A stretch of 64,000 nucleotides of DNA from Ascidiella aspersa (taxonomy: Eukaryota): contig OZ004607.1 in the NCBI GenBank assembly GCA_963924565.1, forward strand, positions 33,480,001 through 33,544,000. The letters are read 5' to 3'. How positions within the stretch are numbered: the stretch's first letter is position 1; each line of letters begins with the position of its first letter. Under the pieces are notes generated by a model. That model was not told the DNA's origin. It saw only the letters and a list, made by a program, of their open reading frames with translations, and did no database searches. The position numbers were made by a program, and so were the translations under genes. Of the stretch, positions 36,187-47,955 are shown one piece after another.

Positions 36187-36517
36187 CACCGGTTCTCAAC
36201 CAGTGTGCCATGGCTCATGGGGTGGGCACAGACCAATTTAAAAAGCTAGATGGTTTGATTTGTGTCACTGTATTTAACTTTACAGGAATAATGGCTTGGG
36301 AATGAATTGAGAAGGATTGTAAATGAACGTAAATTTATTGTTCAGAAGCAAGAACCTCACTAATGCACGGTTGAATAAATAATCTGTATTAACATATTCT
36401 CTGCTATTTTTTGTCCTAAACCTTTTTTATAGTTTCTCTTTCATAAAAATTTACTGGGCCACAGAATTGTTGTGCACCGAAAATGGGCCACGAACGAAAA
36501 AAGGTTGAGAACCACTG
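36187..36517. mobile_element. hAT (Charlie/Buster-like) MITE specific to the right arm
   Basis: TIR caccggttctcaacc/ggttgagaaccactg and perfect TSD ggctaaag. Empty site in the left arm at about 21440. Confidence 0.9.
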
Positions 36518-38116
36518 GGCTAAAGAATGTGACTCCATTTGTGGGGAATCATTTATTTAACCCATTTCAGGCACAATAAGCAAAAAACTAGTCAAGGGAC
36601 GACCAACATATATGCTGTATAACAATTAACTATTAGAGAAATTAAAATATTTTATTTAGAAAAAATTAAAATGTCTACGACTTTACACATTATTTAACGT
36701 ACAAGCCAGGATATTACGCTGTCCGTAACATTGCTTTTTAGTAACATGGTAAATCACCTTTTTTAAATCATCTCAAGAAAATGACGCAGAGTACAACATA
36801 ATATGTAATAGTTTTCAGAGGCAAGCTTGAAGGAATCATACATTTTGTTCAACTTATGCTTGAGAAAGATTTGGTCCGGGAATACGAATTTGTATACACA
36901 GCGCGTTTGCCAACATGAACGGCCTAATATTGTTGCTGCTTTCACGAGAGCCGCATCCTACTTTAATTATAAAAAGTATTTACCCGACTCATTTTATTCA
37001 CAATACAGAACATTACTTTCGGTTTCAATTTAAATTATTGACAAACCATCCTTAAAAATAGGGTCCTGGAAAATAACCCCTGACAAAATATAACCGCAAC
37101 CCCGTTAAGTTAATTATTTGCATTAAATTATTTTGTATTAGATCTACATTAAGTTTATTTGCAGTTTCAATATGCGTCCCGGATTTACGTTTCTAAAAAA
37201 CTACCAAGCCAAGCTTTAAACCATAGAGTTCTAAGACTTATGTATATCGAAGAGAGGACTATAAGTCGACGATTTATAACCCGGGAATTACGACAAACCA
37301 TCTTTAAAAGTCATTTTTTGTTTAATCGTTTTATTTATTTAATTATGTTCGTTTATGTCGTTTATTATTTTAGTTTTTCACAAGACCTGTACGTGGTTTA
37401 AAACCGGTATAACCTTACCAACCACATGTTGTCATCCAAAAAATATTTTAAACGTTGCAATAGTTTTTTTTTAACTGTTGCCTCAAACTGTTTTTGAGGC
37501 ATTAAAAATATCTCCAGTTGTGCTTATTTGTATTTTACTATTGCAATAAGTGATGGCTTTAATAAAATCATAATGCACAGTTGTTAAAAGTGCTACCGAT
37601 TCAAGATTTCGTACTTTTATTACTATACACCGGTAGGACAAAAAAAAATATTTTCTTTTTGTAATATTTCTGTCTTCTGAAACCTATATTGAAGGTATGA
37701 GCGTAAATAAAATGTGGATGTATTTTAACTAAAGCATTAGTACCGCACATCCAATCATGACGAACTGCATTAATTAATATATGTCATAATTTGGTTCCTT
37801 TTTTGATTGATTTTTCTACCACGAACACCGATACATTAGAATTTCGGCTAAAACGATAAACTTGGTCGTTTCAGTTTGTTGTTGTTTTGCCACAAGCGAA
37901 AACCTGCGGTGAAGTCCGGTTTCATTATTCAAACTCTAAACGTGACTATATAGTCACGGCTCAAATACTCAGAGGAAATGCGGCGTGGTCTTTAGACAGG
38001 TCGTCGCCTGTTTAATGATCGTTCAGGGAACCAGAAAACATCTACGAGTTCTGATGAATAATTGCTGATCCTTACTGCGTTCTGAAAGCTACGGCTAACA
38101 ATATAGTAGTTTAGAC

Positions 38117-38586
38117 CAGTGGTTCTCAACCTTTTGAGCATACGGAACGGTAAAATTTCAAAACAAATTTTGCGGACCTCAAAAAATTAAAATCAACCCA
38201 AAATGTTATAACGCCAAAAGTATGCAACGGAAACGACAATTTAATGAGCTATTGGCTGCTGTCTTTTCGATATCATACGTGTTATACGTGGTTCTATTGA
38301 AGTTGTTTACGTACAACTGGTCTTAAAGTTTAAGACTTAAATGAGTTGTAGCCTAATTTTTAACAGTTTTGGCACAACACTTGCAGAATTGTGACGTAGA
38401 ATAAAGTCCAAAGTAGACCATTAACTCTATGTTACGTAACAATGCTGAGAATTACGGAACTGGCGAAGTTCTAAATTTGATGGACAAGCAGCCTTCAACA
38501 TCTTGCATTTTGCAATTAGGATATAAAATTGTAATATATTTGACGGACCAGGAAAGTTGATGCGGACCGGCGGTTGAGAACCACTA
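38117..38586. mobile_element. hAT (Charlie/Buster-like) MITE, mirror copy in right arm
   Basis: TIR cagtggttctcaacc/ggttgagaaccacta, TSD gtttagac/gtttaaac. Confidence 0.85.
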
Positions 38587-40401
38587 GTTTAAACAGAGCT
38601 TCACAGATTAGGATTTTAACCCAGACGTTTATGGTCATTGGTCGTTAGCAGGTCTTCGTGTTTTAATGAATCGTGCCAACGAATTGACTTAAGTTAGTCT
38701 TTCAATTAATGACTACAGTCTTTTGGGGGAAATTACTTGACTTAAATATAATTTAAAGAACACATTTGAATAAAACCTTGCGGGCACTTTTTTAATGATG
38801 TCTCAGAATTTTTAATGTTGTCTGAGTGTTTGACGAAATAATTCGAGTTGGTCAGACGACTCAAATCTATATGATGACGTGGTTGAAATATTTTTTTTAC
38901 CTATTTTTTAATAGCATCCCAAAACTGTTTATCAATCTTTGGAGGATAAGAGAACAATTGCCAAAAGAAAATCCATGTAAATTAATCATAACATGACTTC
39001 CAAAGTTTACTTTGGAATGACACATATAGGGCACCTAATTCTAAAGTGCTTAGGGCCTCTAAAAGGCATGTTCCGGCCCTGAGAAAAATTATTATTAATT
39101 TAAAAGGCTGGCATACTAAGAAGTTGAAAACTACCTGGTTTGGAGCGCCTGTTGATATACATTCCAAAAGAGCTTCCCTTAAAAACCACCACTTCAGGGA
39201 TCTTTGTTTGGTTATAATTTTGAGTAGTCGTAAAGACACTCTATGAATTAATCCGTACCAAAGGGACAATACCAGTTAAATTAAGTGGACAAATAGGTTT
39301 CCAAGTAACCATAACCGTTTTAATAAATTTATGATAGTCATATTTATTGTTTTAGCAGAAATTGTAATGCTGTTTATCCGGGATTTAGCCTCCCCAAAGC
39401 ATAACAACTCAAAGCCAACTGCAGCAAGGCAAAACAAGGCCGTATAAACTAGGAAGATTAATGGTCGCCTTATCCTCCCTAACAAAGCGGATGTATCGTT
39501 GCTAGCGCGTGCAAATACTGTGGTCATGTTTCTACCGTGGCCACCTGTGAAGTGGTCACAGGAAAGTATAATGTGTTGAAAGAGTCTTTCTTAAAATGTG
39601 CCCCTTCCAAAGGTGGTCGTGTTAGGTTGTGTCATTTGACGATGATAGGAGATTTTCATAAAATAGCATAGCAGTATATTAGGATTTACAGAAAGGTGTG
39701 CTACTAGAAGAAGTCGTGCCGTTCAGTTTAAAACAATCGCGGGGTAACTTTTTCAGTCGTGTGTAACTGGATTTTGCAGCTACAAAGTCACAAGATACAG
39801 AATGCCGTGTGATGAGATATACGACAAAGGGAAACTAAAGTTGCACGTGAAAACGTTGGTTGAAATCGGATAAACTGTACGCCTTTTATAGCTCGTAGGG
39901 GATTGACGATTAATCAAACTAAAGTCGACAAGAAAGGGGAGTCCATTTAGTTAATGAAAGCTAAAGACGTACAGAAGGCTAAAGACGTACGTCAACAAAT
40001 CTCACAATTAAACGTTTGTTTAATATAAAATTTATTCACGGACGTTACCTTTAAAAAACATTTTAAGATTGATATATCCTACCCTTTTATCAGAAGTATG
40101 TCATACACTCATGTGCTACTATTTTCATGTCGTGCGTAACTGGATTTGCATCAACAATAAAATGTAGAATTCAGTTTAGACAAACGTAAAACGAAAATGA
40201 TATGCAAAAATGTTCGGCCTTACAGCTCAGGGTTAGTTGACGACTTGTCAAGCTATTGGTCGAAAAGATAGTCCATTTATGAAGTACCTGAAAGCACAAA
40301 GTAACAACATATTTTATTCCAAAATAATGTTACAGGTTCTTCCCTAATTATTGAGTGTAGCTCTTATACGCAATAAATGGTAGTATCACTGAAACATTCT
40401 G

Positions 40402-43400
40402 ATGTATAAAATCTTTGCGGTTTTACCAATAATAGCCCAGGCGCTGTTTGGAACCTTGGGGCAGCATGAGACATCAAGCAAAGTTGTCTCATTGAACGCA
40501 TCGTTGCAAGATTCGCAAGCAACAACAGATGCTGATTATGCCCTGATCCTGCCGGGCCTAAACGAGACTTACTTCGTTGATATATCTGCATTTGAGATGA
40601 ATGGCTTCAACGATTCCAAACATAGACGGCACAGGAACTGTTTACATCTTGAAATTTTCTTACCTTTTTGTCAGAAGGAAGCAAAGCAATCCTGTACTAA
40701 GACGCCAATTAAGCAATGCAAGTATTGCAGTATGGCGGCTGCTGGTTTTTTCGGGTTTGCCTTCGTCTTACTCGGACTAGGAGCGCTATTCGGCAACGCA
40801 TTGGTGATTTGGATCTTTGCAAGGAATAGATCTTCCTTTAATGGCACCTACGGTAAAATCAAGGTCTCATTGGCAGTTTCCGACATTTTGGCGGGTGAGT
40901 TATTTTGTTTCAAATCGAAGTAGCCGTTTTGCTTAACATATCAACTAATGCCTGAGAATATCAAAATAAACATGGCGAAAACTATTTACAAAGGACATGC
41001 ATTTTAAATTTAAACTTATCTTTTTCGCGGGTGATTTTTTTCTTGATATAATATTTCCAAAATATAAGAAAGCATAATAAGAAACAACGTTTTATATTGG
41101 AAATAAATTATTTTAAAGTTAACACTAAGTCAACTATTATGCACTTACGAAATTTTTTAACATGCATTTTCATTTTGAATTTATCGTTTTTGCAGGAGTT
41201 CTGTTTCTTGGTATAATATTTCCAAACTATGTTGAAAGCCTGAATCAAACGAGCTACGAGATCTTTCAGAAATTCTGGCGTTCCCAAGGAACACCGGGGT
41301 CTTTTGGGGCCGGATTTTTCCACATCTTTATTTACACAGCATCATTCTATCACCTTGTGCTACTAGCACAACAGCGTCTCTACGCCGTTGCATTTCCAAT
41401 AAGATACCGACTACAAAGTCCAATAACTGTGGGCATGGGCATTGCACTTGCATGGTTTGCATCGTTTCTAGTTGCGATAGCTCCGGGTAAGTTACAAACA
41501 ATTGGTTAATTTGAACCAGGGACCTTTGATATTTGTCATTTTACTACGATGTCGATACCCGATATTTCGCACAAAAACAATGCCAATCCGATCTCATAAA
41601 TGACCTTATACAATGCTCAACAGGCAAAACAGATAAAATTGAAACTTTGAAAGGTCGTTATAACTCAGGTTATTGAGATATAATGTTTCTTAACGTTACG
41701 AAATTTGATTACCTCCAGTTGTTAATCTAATGCAGCGCTTCTCAACCGGTGCGCCATGGAAGGCTGCCAAGTGCGCCGTAAGCAAAAGGAAAAAAATAAT
41801 TTAATATATACAACATGTATTTATACGTTTCTGTTGAGCTTAGCTCATTTATTCCACAGTACTTTTAAGTAGAAAACACAATAAGACCTACAAAGCAACA
41901 GCATCTAAGTCAGATAATAATCTATAATAGTACTAAGACTACCGACATAACAACGCCAAATTCGCAGTAGGCCATAATGACCTTTGGTTCACGAAACCAG
42001 TTCTCTACCACTGAGTTAAAACGGGGCAACGTTAAACTGCTCGAAATTCATATTATGATCTTCACCGACTGTGCGCACATCTTGCCACACACTTACATCT
42101 TACATCTCACAAACTTTCTCTTTTATTATGTAGACTAGATAAGACCTAACATGTCGAATTAAGCCCAAAATTAATCGGAATTAGACGTAAATGATAAAAT
42201 TACGCCCAGGACTGTAGCGAAAGGGTATGGGATGATTGGGGGACACCTGTTTGTATTGGGGGACACCTGTTTGTATTGGCCGTTTGCTGTGGCCTTTGGG
42301 CGTCGCTGTTTGGCCCCGGATTTTTTCCCTTGTTTGGGCTTATGGGCGGGTAGTTGGTGGTGTTAGCAATTGGGTTAGGGTTGAAAATATTCTGGAAGTT
42401 ATTAATAGTTATGGATGGTGTTTTGGGTTAGCTTAAATAAAAGGTTGTAGGAATATAGGCCTTATTTTGGCCATTTAGGTCTAATTCCGATTTCGTCATT
42501 ATGACGACTATTAGGTATTACTCCTATTTACGTCTAACTGTCTTTTATTTCGAAATTGGCGTTGTTCTTATTTTGGTCACAAGGCTGGAGTCTCTTTAAA
42601 GATATGCAACTATAAAGCCAATATAATAAAAAAATGCATGCAATTTAAGAGAAATAAAAACTTCGCGCTCGCTTTGCTCGCAAAGTGCGCCGCCGCGTTT
42701 TCAAATGTCCCTAGGTCCGCCCCCAAGTAAAATGGTTAAGAAACAGTGATCTAATGTCTTACATTTTAAGATAGAATAACTTCGTTTCGCAAAATCGTTG
42801 AAGAAATTGTATTTGCTATGTTAAATAAATAAATAAATGTACAAATCAAAGGTAAAAATTCATAAAGCTCTGGCCTGTTAGTCACTATAGTACACAATAT
42901 GTGGTAACGAACCCATTTTCTTGGCGATGATATCAAAAAATATACTGGAAGTTCAATACATAATGCGTTATTTGTTATTCAAAATATTTAAAAGCGTCAT
43001 GCTTCATGGCAATGTAAGTCACTAAACTTAATTTAAAACTGATTTACAGTGTGGACCCATCGAAAACTCGAATACGTGTACGATTGTCCCACATTCCTCT
43101 ACACTGCGGGCAACAATAACTATTATACTGCGATATTATTTTCATTCATGGCTACCGTTCCCTATACAATGATGGTAAGAAGTGTTAAGTTTCCAAAAGC
43201 TGTAGGACCCCAGATCAGACATGTACAACTGGATAATATTAGTTCTCTAATTCAATGAGTTAGAGCTAAATTTGTTTAATTCTAGTTCTAATCTAATTCG
43301 CATTTTATCAAAAATACTACTTTGTCCAACGGCCATTTTGAGTCTCTCAGTCATAACAAAGAATCTGAATTAAAATGTAGGTAATGTTTACAGACTGAAA

Positions 43401-45722
43401 AGCATATGTTATGCTCAAAGGCATAACATTTGGGACACACATATTTACCATTAACATTCATTTTGGAATAATTTGCGATGTAATTCTAGTGGAAACTCGT
43501 TTTTTGAAGAATTCTGGAATTCTAATTTTTCTAATCTAATTTGAGAAAATTAATATGATCTTTTTCTAAATCTAATCTATTTGGAAAAAATAAAATGATC
43601 TATTTCTAAGTTTAATCTAATTTGGAAAAACTGAAATGATGTTATTTTAATTCTAATCTCATTTTAAAAAGCTAAAAAAAATCTACTTTTCCAAGTCTGC
43701 TTCAGATGTTTACACTTTGATAAAGCAGTCATGTGATATACGTATACAGCTTTTATGAAAAAAAAACTCGATATGCAAATATTGTTACCTACAATTGCCG
43801 AAGAAGCACAAATATAATTAAGTATAACAGCTGAAATTTGTTTGACAATATGGGTCCCGAATTATCGCTCCTTTCCTAAGTGCTTTGACGAAAACACTTC
43901 ATACAGTTTGCAAACACTTCATGCATTTTGCAAGTCCGTTTTTGTTTGAAATTATTTTTATTCGCGATTTAGATCACCAATAATTAAAGAGGATTTTGTT
44001 TGGAATACCAATACGTTCAAACAAATTAAAGAAAACTCCTCCATGTTTTTTCCAGTGCCTATAGCAAAAGCGTATACATATAACAACTAATTGTCGAGTT
44101 TCGCCATGTTACTTTTTTGCATCACCGCATTTTAGTGTAAAGTATACAGAAGAAAATCTGTTCTCAATGTTGTTTTATGCCTCAGGTAATTCTCACCCTG
44201 GTTACTGGCATTTGTATTTACCGCAAACGGTTTGCTTCGGGTAACCGAACTTGGAAGAAACGGGAAATCATGATATATTTCACGTTGGATCTAATGCTCC
44301 TGGGATTAACCATCACTACAGGTTGGACATATTTTTATGCAACAATTTGTTAATGTATCGTTGCTGTTGTGTGTTTCAAAACGTACTTGTCTGAATGTGT
44401 AATAGAAAATGTTCTTACTAAGAATGCCAGATACAGGGTATGTTATTTCAACAACGATTCCGGTGTTTTGGGTTTAAGTTAGTTCTGTCTAATATAATGC
44501 TAATAACATCATTGATTTATATAGAAAATATTCATCAAAACGAAAAACGGTTAATTAAAACGTGCAAATGACATGAAACAAAGGAAGTCATAGTTGCACC
44601 CTATTGTTAAAATATTTAGTTACCTCCAAATGTACAATTACTGCAGTATTTTCTGAAATATAACAATGACAAAACGCCGATTTCAATTTGGCATCGAATC
44701 GGTGTTAATAACACCCCAGAATCGGACTTGCATTGCTACGCTTAATAGGTTTGTTGTACTGACCCCAATCTTCTCGCGTATGACACTCTCGTTGTTGGTT
44801 ATCACTAGAGTGACTTTACTTTGTAGCTATACTAACTCGTTTAAATTCATACCTCTGTTTTAGGTCCATTTGTATTGGCAGTGAGCATGTCATGGGATAG
44901 ATACACTCATTTCCCCAAGTTTCAGCTTGCCTTCACTATGTGCTACTACTTAGCCTTAACAAACAGGTAAGCTTAGTAAAGTAGCTCTACATAGCTTGTA
45001 GCTATAAGGGCTTATCTAGAGCGTTAAAATTATTTTGTAATATTAATGGTTTGAAAGAGGGTTTGGTGAACCAATACAGACGAACTGTCAAAGTTTTGGT
45101 TTACTGACAACAATAAGATTGTAATTTCATTATATAAGGTGCATACCAAACTGCATAGGATAAATTACTGTACCTACCATATTCCTGACCTTGTAAAGAA
45201 AGTTTAAAAGCAATTGTAAATAATACAGTCCAATTCTTGGTTCTAGTTCATATTAAGAATAAAAATACTGCTATCTTGTAACAATTACAATTGTCTAGGT
45301 TATATTTCCTCAGATATAATTATCGTATAATTGTCACATCTAATTATATACTTTAGTCATGTTGACGTTAAATGGGCTGTAATCTACTTACATTAGAAAA
45401 CTGATTTACTTAATGTTTATAGGCTAAGTATTTCGTCAGTTCAATACTACATGTAAATAGTTCATTGGTTAATGTTAATTAAAGGGTTGATGATATAGAT
45501 CGAACTTGCAAAACAGTGTTCAATTAATCTTGATTGTTATAATTTTATTTTTCTTCCAGCATAGTCAACGTGCTGGTTTACAGTGTAATGGACAAGAAGT
45601 TTCGAAAAGCGTCGCGAGAACTTCTCCGAAAGTTTTTCCATCTAAAAGAAAAAGAGAAGACGCGAGTTTCAACGTCAAGCCAGAAAAAAAGAAGGAGCAA
45701 AAAGTTTCTGCGAACCCCTTGA
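40402..45722 (+). CDS. Orphan class A GPCR paralog E (inverted copy of the A/B type), 436 aa
   Basis: Exons 40402-40894, 41196-41486, 43050-43174, 44186-44321, 44864-44966, 45560-45722 form an open frame. The stop comes 5 codons earlier than in A and B. Confidence 0.88.
41733..42748. mobile_element. hAT element with nested fold-back MITE in gene E intron 2 (partly deleted copies in A about 7270-7930 and B about 15610-16270)
   Basis: TIR cagcgcttctcaacc/ggttaagaaacagtg and perfect TSD atctaatg (41725-41732, 42749-42756). Confidence 0.85.
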
Positions 45723-45740
45723 AATTCAACTCACTGAAAC

Positions 45741-47250
45741 TATAGTATATTAAAACAGTAGTAGCGACACTAGTGGAAGTCACGTGATTTCACGCTTGAC
45801 CGGGCCGAGTCACTTTTAGAAATAATGGCTGGCGGAGATACGAAAACTTGTATTCTTCGACGAAAAACAGGACTTAGCGAAACGCTTTTCCGCGTTTCAC
45901 AATGGATTCTACTATACTCTTCGTCCTGAAAACGTCTTACTAATAGCGGCTTGAACCCCCGCTTCGTTATATCGCGCTCGTGTAGTGAGATCTGCGATGT
46001 AACAATCCCTGAGATGACAGAACAAAATTCCATGTGCAAGTTGACCCACAATAAACTAGAGAATCGACAGCTAATCGTTTCTCTCCGAAGACGCCAGATA
46101 GCTCTCCTATCAGCTACAGGATCGAATAATGTGCAAGAACAGCCCCGAAGATGCTTAACCCTATTCAGCGTTCGTCAGCAGTCTTGCACCTCAAAGGCGT
46201 TCGACGCACTTAAAGTGCTTGGATGGATTATTTCCGAACAAAGATTTCCTCGCTTTGCAGAGGTCTCAGCGAGGGGCCCAGGAGTGAACGCTTACATGGA
46301 ATAAAGCGCAAGTTAACTTAATGCGAATGGAATGGACCGACTAGGATTTCTTTACGACAACTCAACACCCCAGTAAGACATTTAAGTGGTTTGACGCTAT
46401 AAAGACAATGTTTAACCGTGCAAATTTCACGGCAAATGCTATAGCAATTCCACAAATCGTTTTAAACTTTTCTGAAACCATTAAGGGAAAACTTTATGTT
46501 CTCATGATGTAATTTTCAATATATTTAGTGCAAAGTACTACAAAGTACTAAATTGAGATGTAAAAGTTTTTTTTATATCGTGTCCCGATATTACGTTTCA
46601 CACAGTGCATTTTCAAGCGCTCGCCCGCAGCGCCACTAAACCATTTCCTGTTCTCACGCTTTTATAACATTGTGCGCTGTTGGACCAGGACCACATTGGA
46701 GCTGTATTTATGCAGTTTGCTTATTGTTCGCGAACCGAGTTCGAATCTCGGCCGCACCGTACAAACTTAACCCTTCACCTTTTCACCCTACCCTTTGTGA
46801 ACCCGAAACTACCACTGTCATACAAACATGCTGTTTGGTGGCAAGACATATGGAGGCCCTTCTGCAATATCGAAGGTTTCTTTACATGAACATGATCTCC
46901 CACTTAAAAATATTCCGGGCGTCCTCACAGGTCAACCACGCATCGGAACCAGCTTATCACAAGAACAGCTTTCCGACCGCTCATTGGGATCGAATGTGAT
47001 CTCAATCTTAAGTGCAACTCTGAACGCACTTCATCAAACACTGCGTTGAACTTCACAGCACAAGAATACGTGATGCCACGTCTTTGCTTTCCGTTCAACC
47101 AGACGACGCATTTCTACACCTCCTTGCCTCTGACGAACCCAAACCCCTACCAAACACCCTTCTAACACACCACGGTCCGCAGCAATGCCGCTGACATACC
47201 GACACAGGGGCCCAAATTATATGTTTGCTAAATGACCTTTAAAAGCCAAA
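45741..47250 (+). mobile_element. Possible degenerate Helitron
   Basis: Starts ctatagtatattaaaa, like a Helitron 5' end. Frameshifted peptides LLDQD-HW...APYKL...LF...CEP...LIGIECDL resemble the Rep-helicase linker. The 3' end was not found, and about 100 bp (45875-45975) is repeated at about 47787-47886. Confidence 0.4.
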
Positions 47251-47955
47251 TGCTAATCTTACCGAGTTGTGCATGAAATTTATCGCATGTATCGCATTTC
47301 ATGAATGAATATCTGATTTTTATTCGCGTTAGAAGGGTTCGAGAAACCAAGAATTCATTATTTACAAAACAGACAACCTTAGCTGTCCATTTAAGTTTCT
47401 GTGGTCATAGAATGCACAGCCAGCACTTTATTGCTTCCTGTATTGTATTTTTAAATAGTTTGTGTACAATCTTTTAGAAATTCGCCCCCCAAAAAAATTA
47501 TAAAAACACCCATAAAACGTTGCTCTGTTGAGTTGTGTATATATTGTTTTCTTATAACGCCACGCTTGTTTTTCGCTCGCCACTTTTGCATGCTATTTCT
47601 CTCTTCAAGTTTTTGACACGCACCCAAACCATAACCTGATATCAATCTTTCAGATCTCTTTTTTCTTTAATGAACAACCCTTCCTACGTCTGACTTGTTC
47701 ATTGGAAGGGGAGTTCTGTAGCAGCTAGCCTACTTTTACGTGACTAAACAAGTGACCGTTGTCCACTGATGTGTGCCCGCCGCGCCTAGCGAATCGCTTT
47801 TCCGCGTTTCACAATGGATTCTACTATACTCTTCGTACTGAAAACGTCTTACTAATAGCGGCTTAAATCACCGCTCTGTTTATCGCTGTGTTTCTGAGAT
47901 TTGTGAATATACTCAAAGAGCAATTATCTACTGAGTGGATTGTCTTTGCCTAGAG

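Larger units (their letters stand above)
28505..45740 (+). repeat. Right arm of large inverted duplication (genes D and E)
   Basis: Starts gactttcagcaaattt (28505). Homology to B ends at tcactgaaac (45740). Confidence 0.9.

Noticed and set aside
39240-39640. Possible P-element/THAP9 transposase fossil (RKINGRLILPNKADV..., also mirrored near 10149 and 18409)
   Set aside because: Only one short motif resemblance among stops, and it cannot be supported without a profile search.
28505-45740. Inverted repeat as a pure assembly artefact
   Set aside because: The arms differ by several TE insertions with clean empty sites and many substitutions, and flank a unique spacer. An artefact is considered unlikely, though only read data can exclude it.
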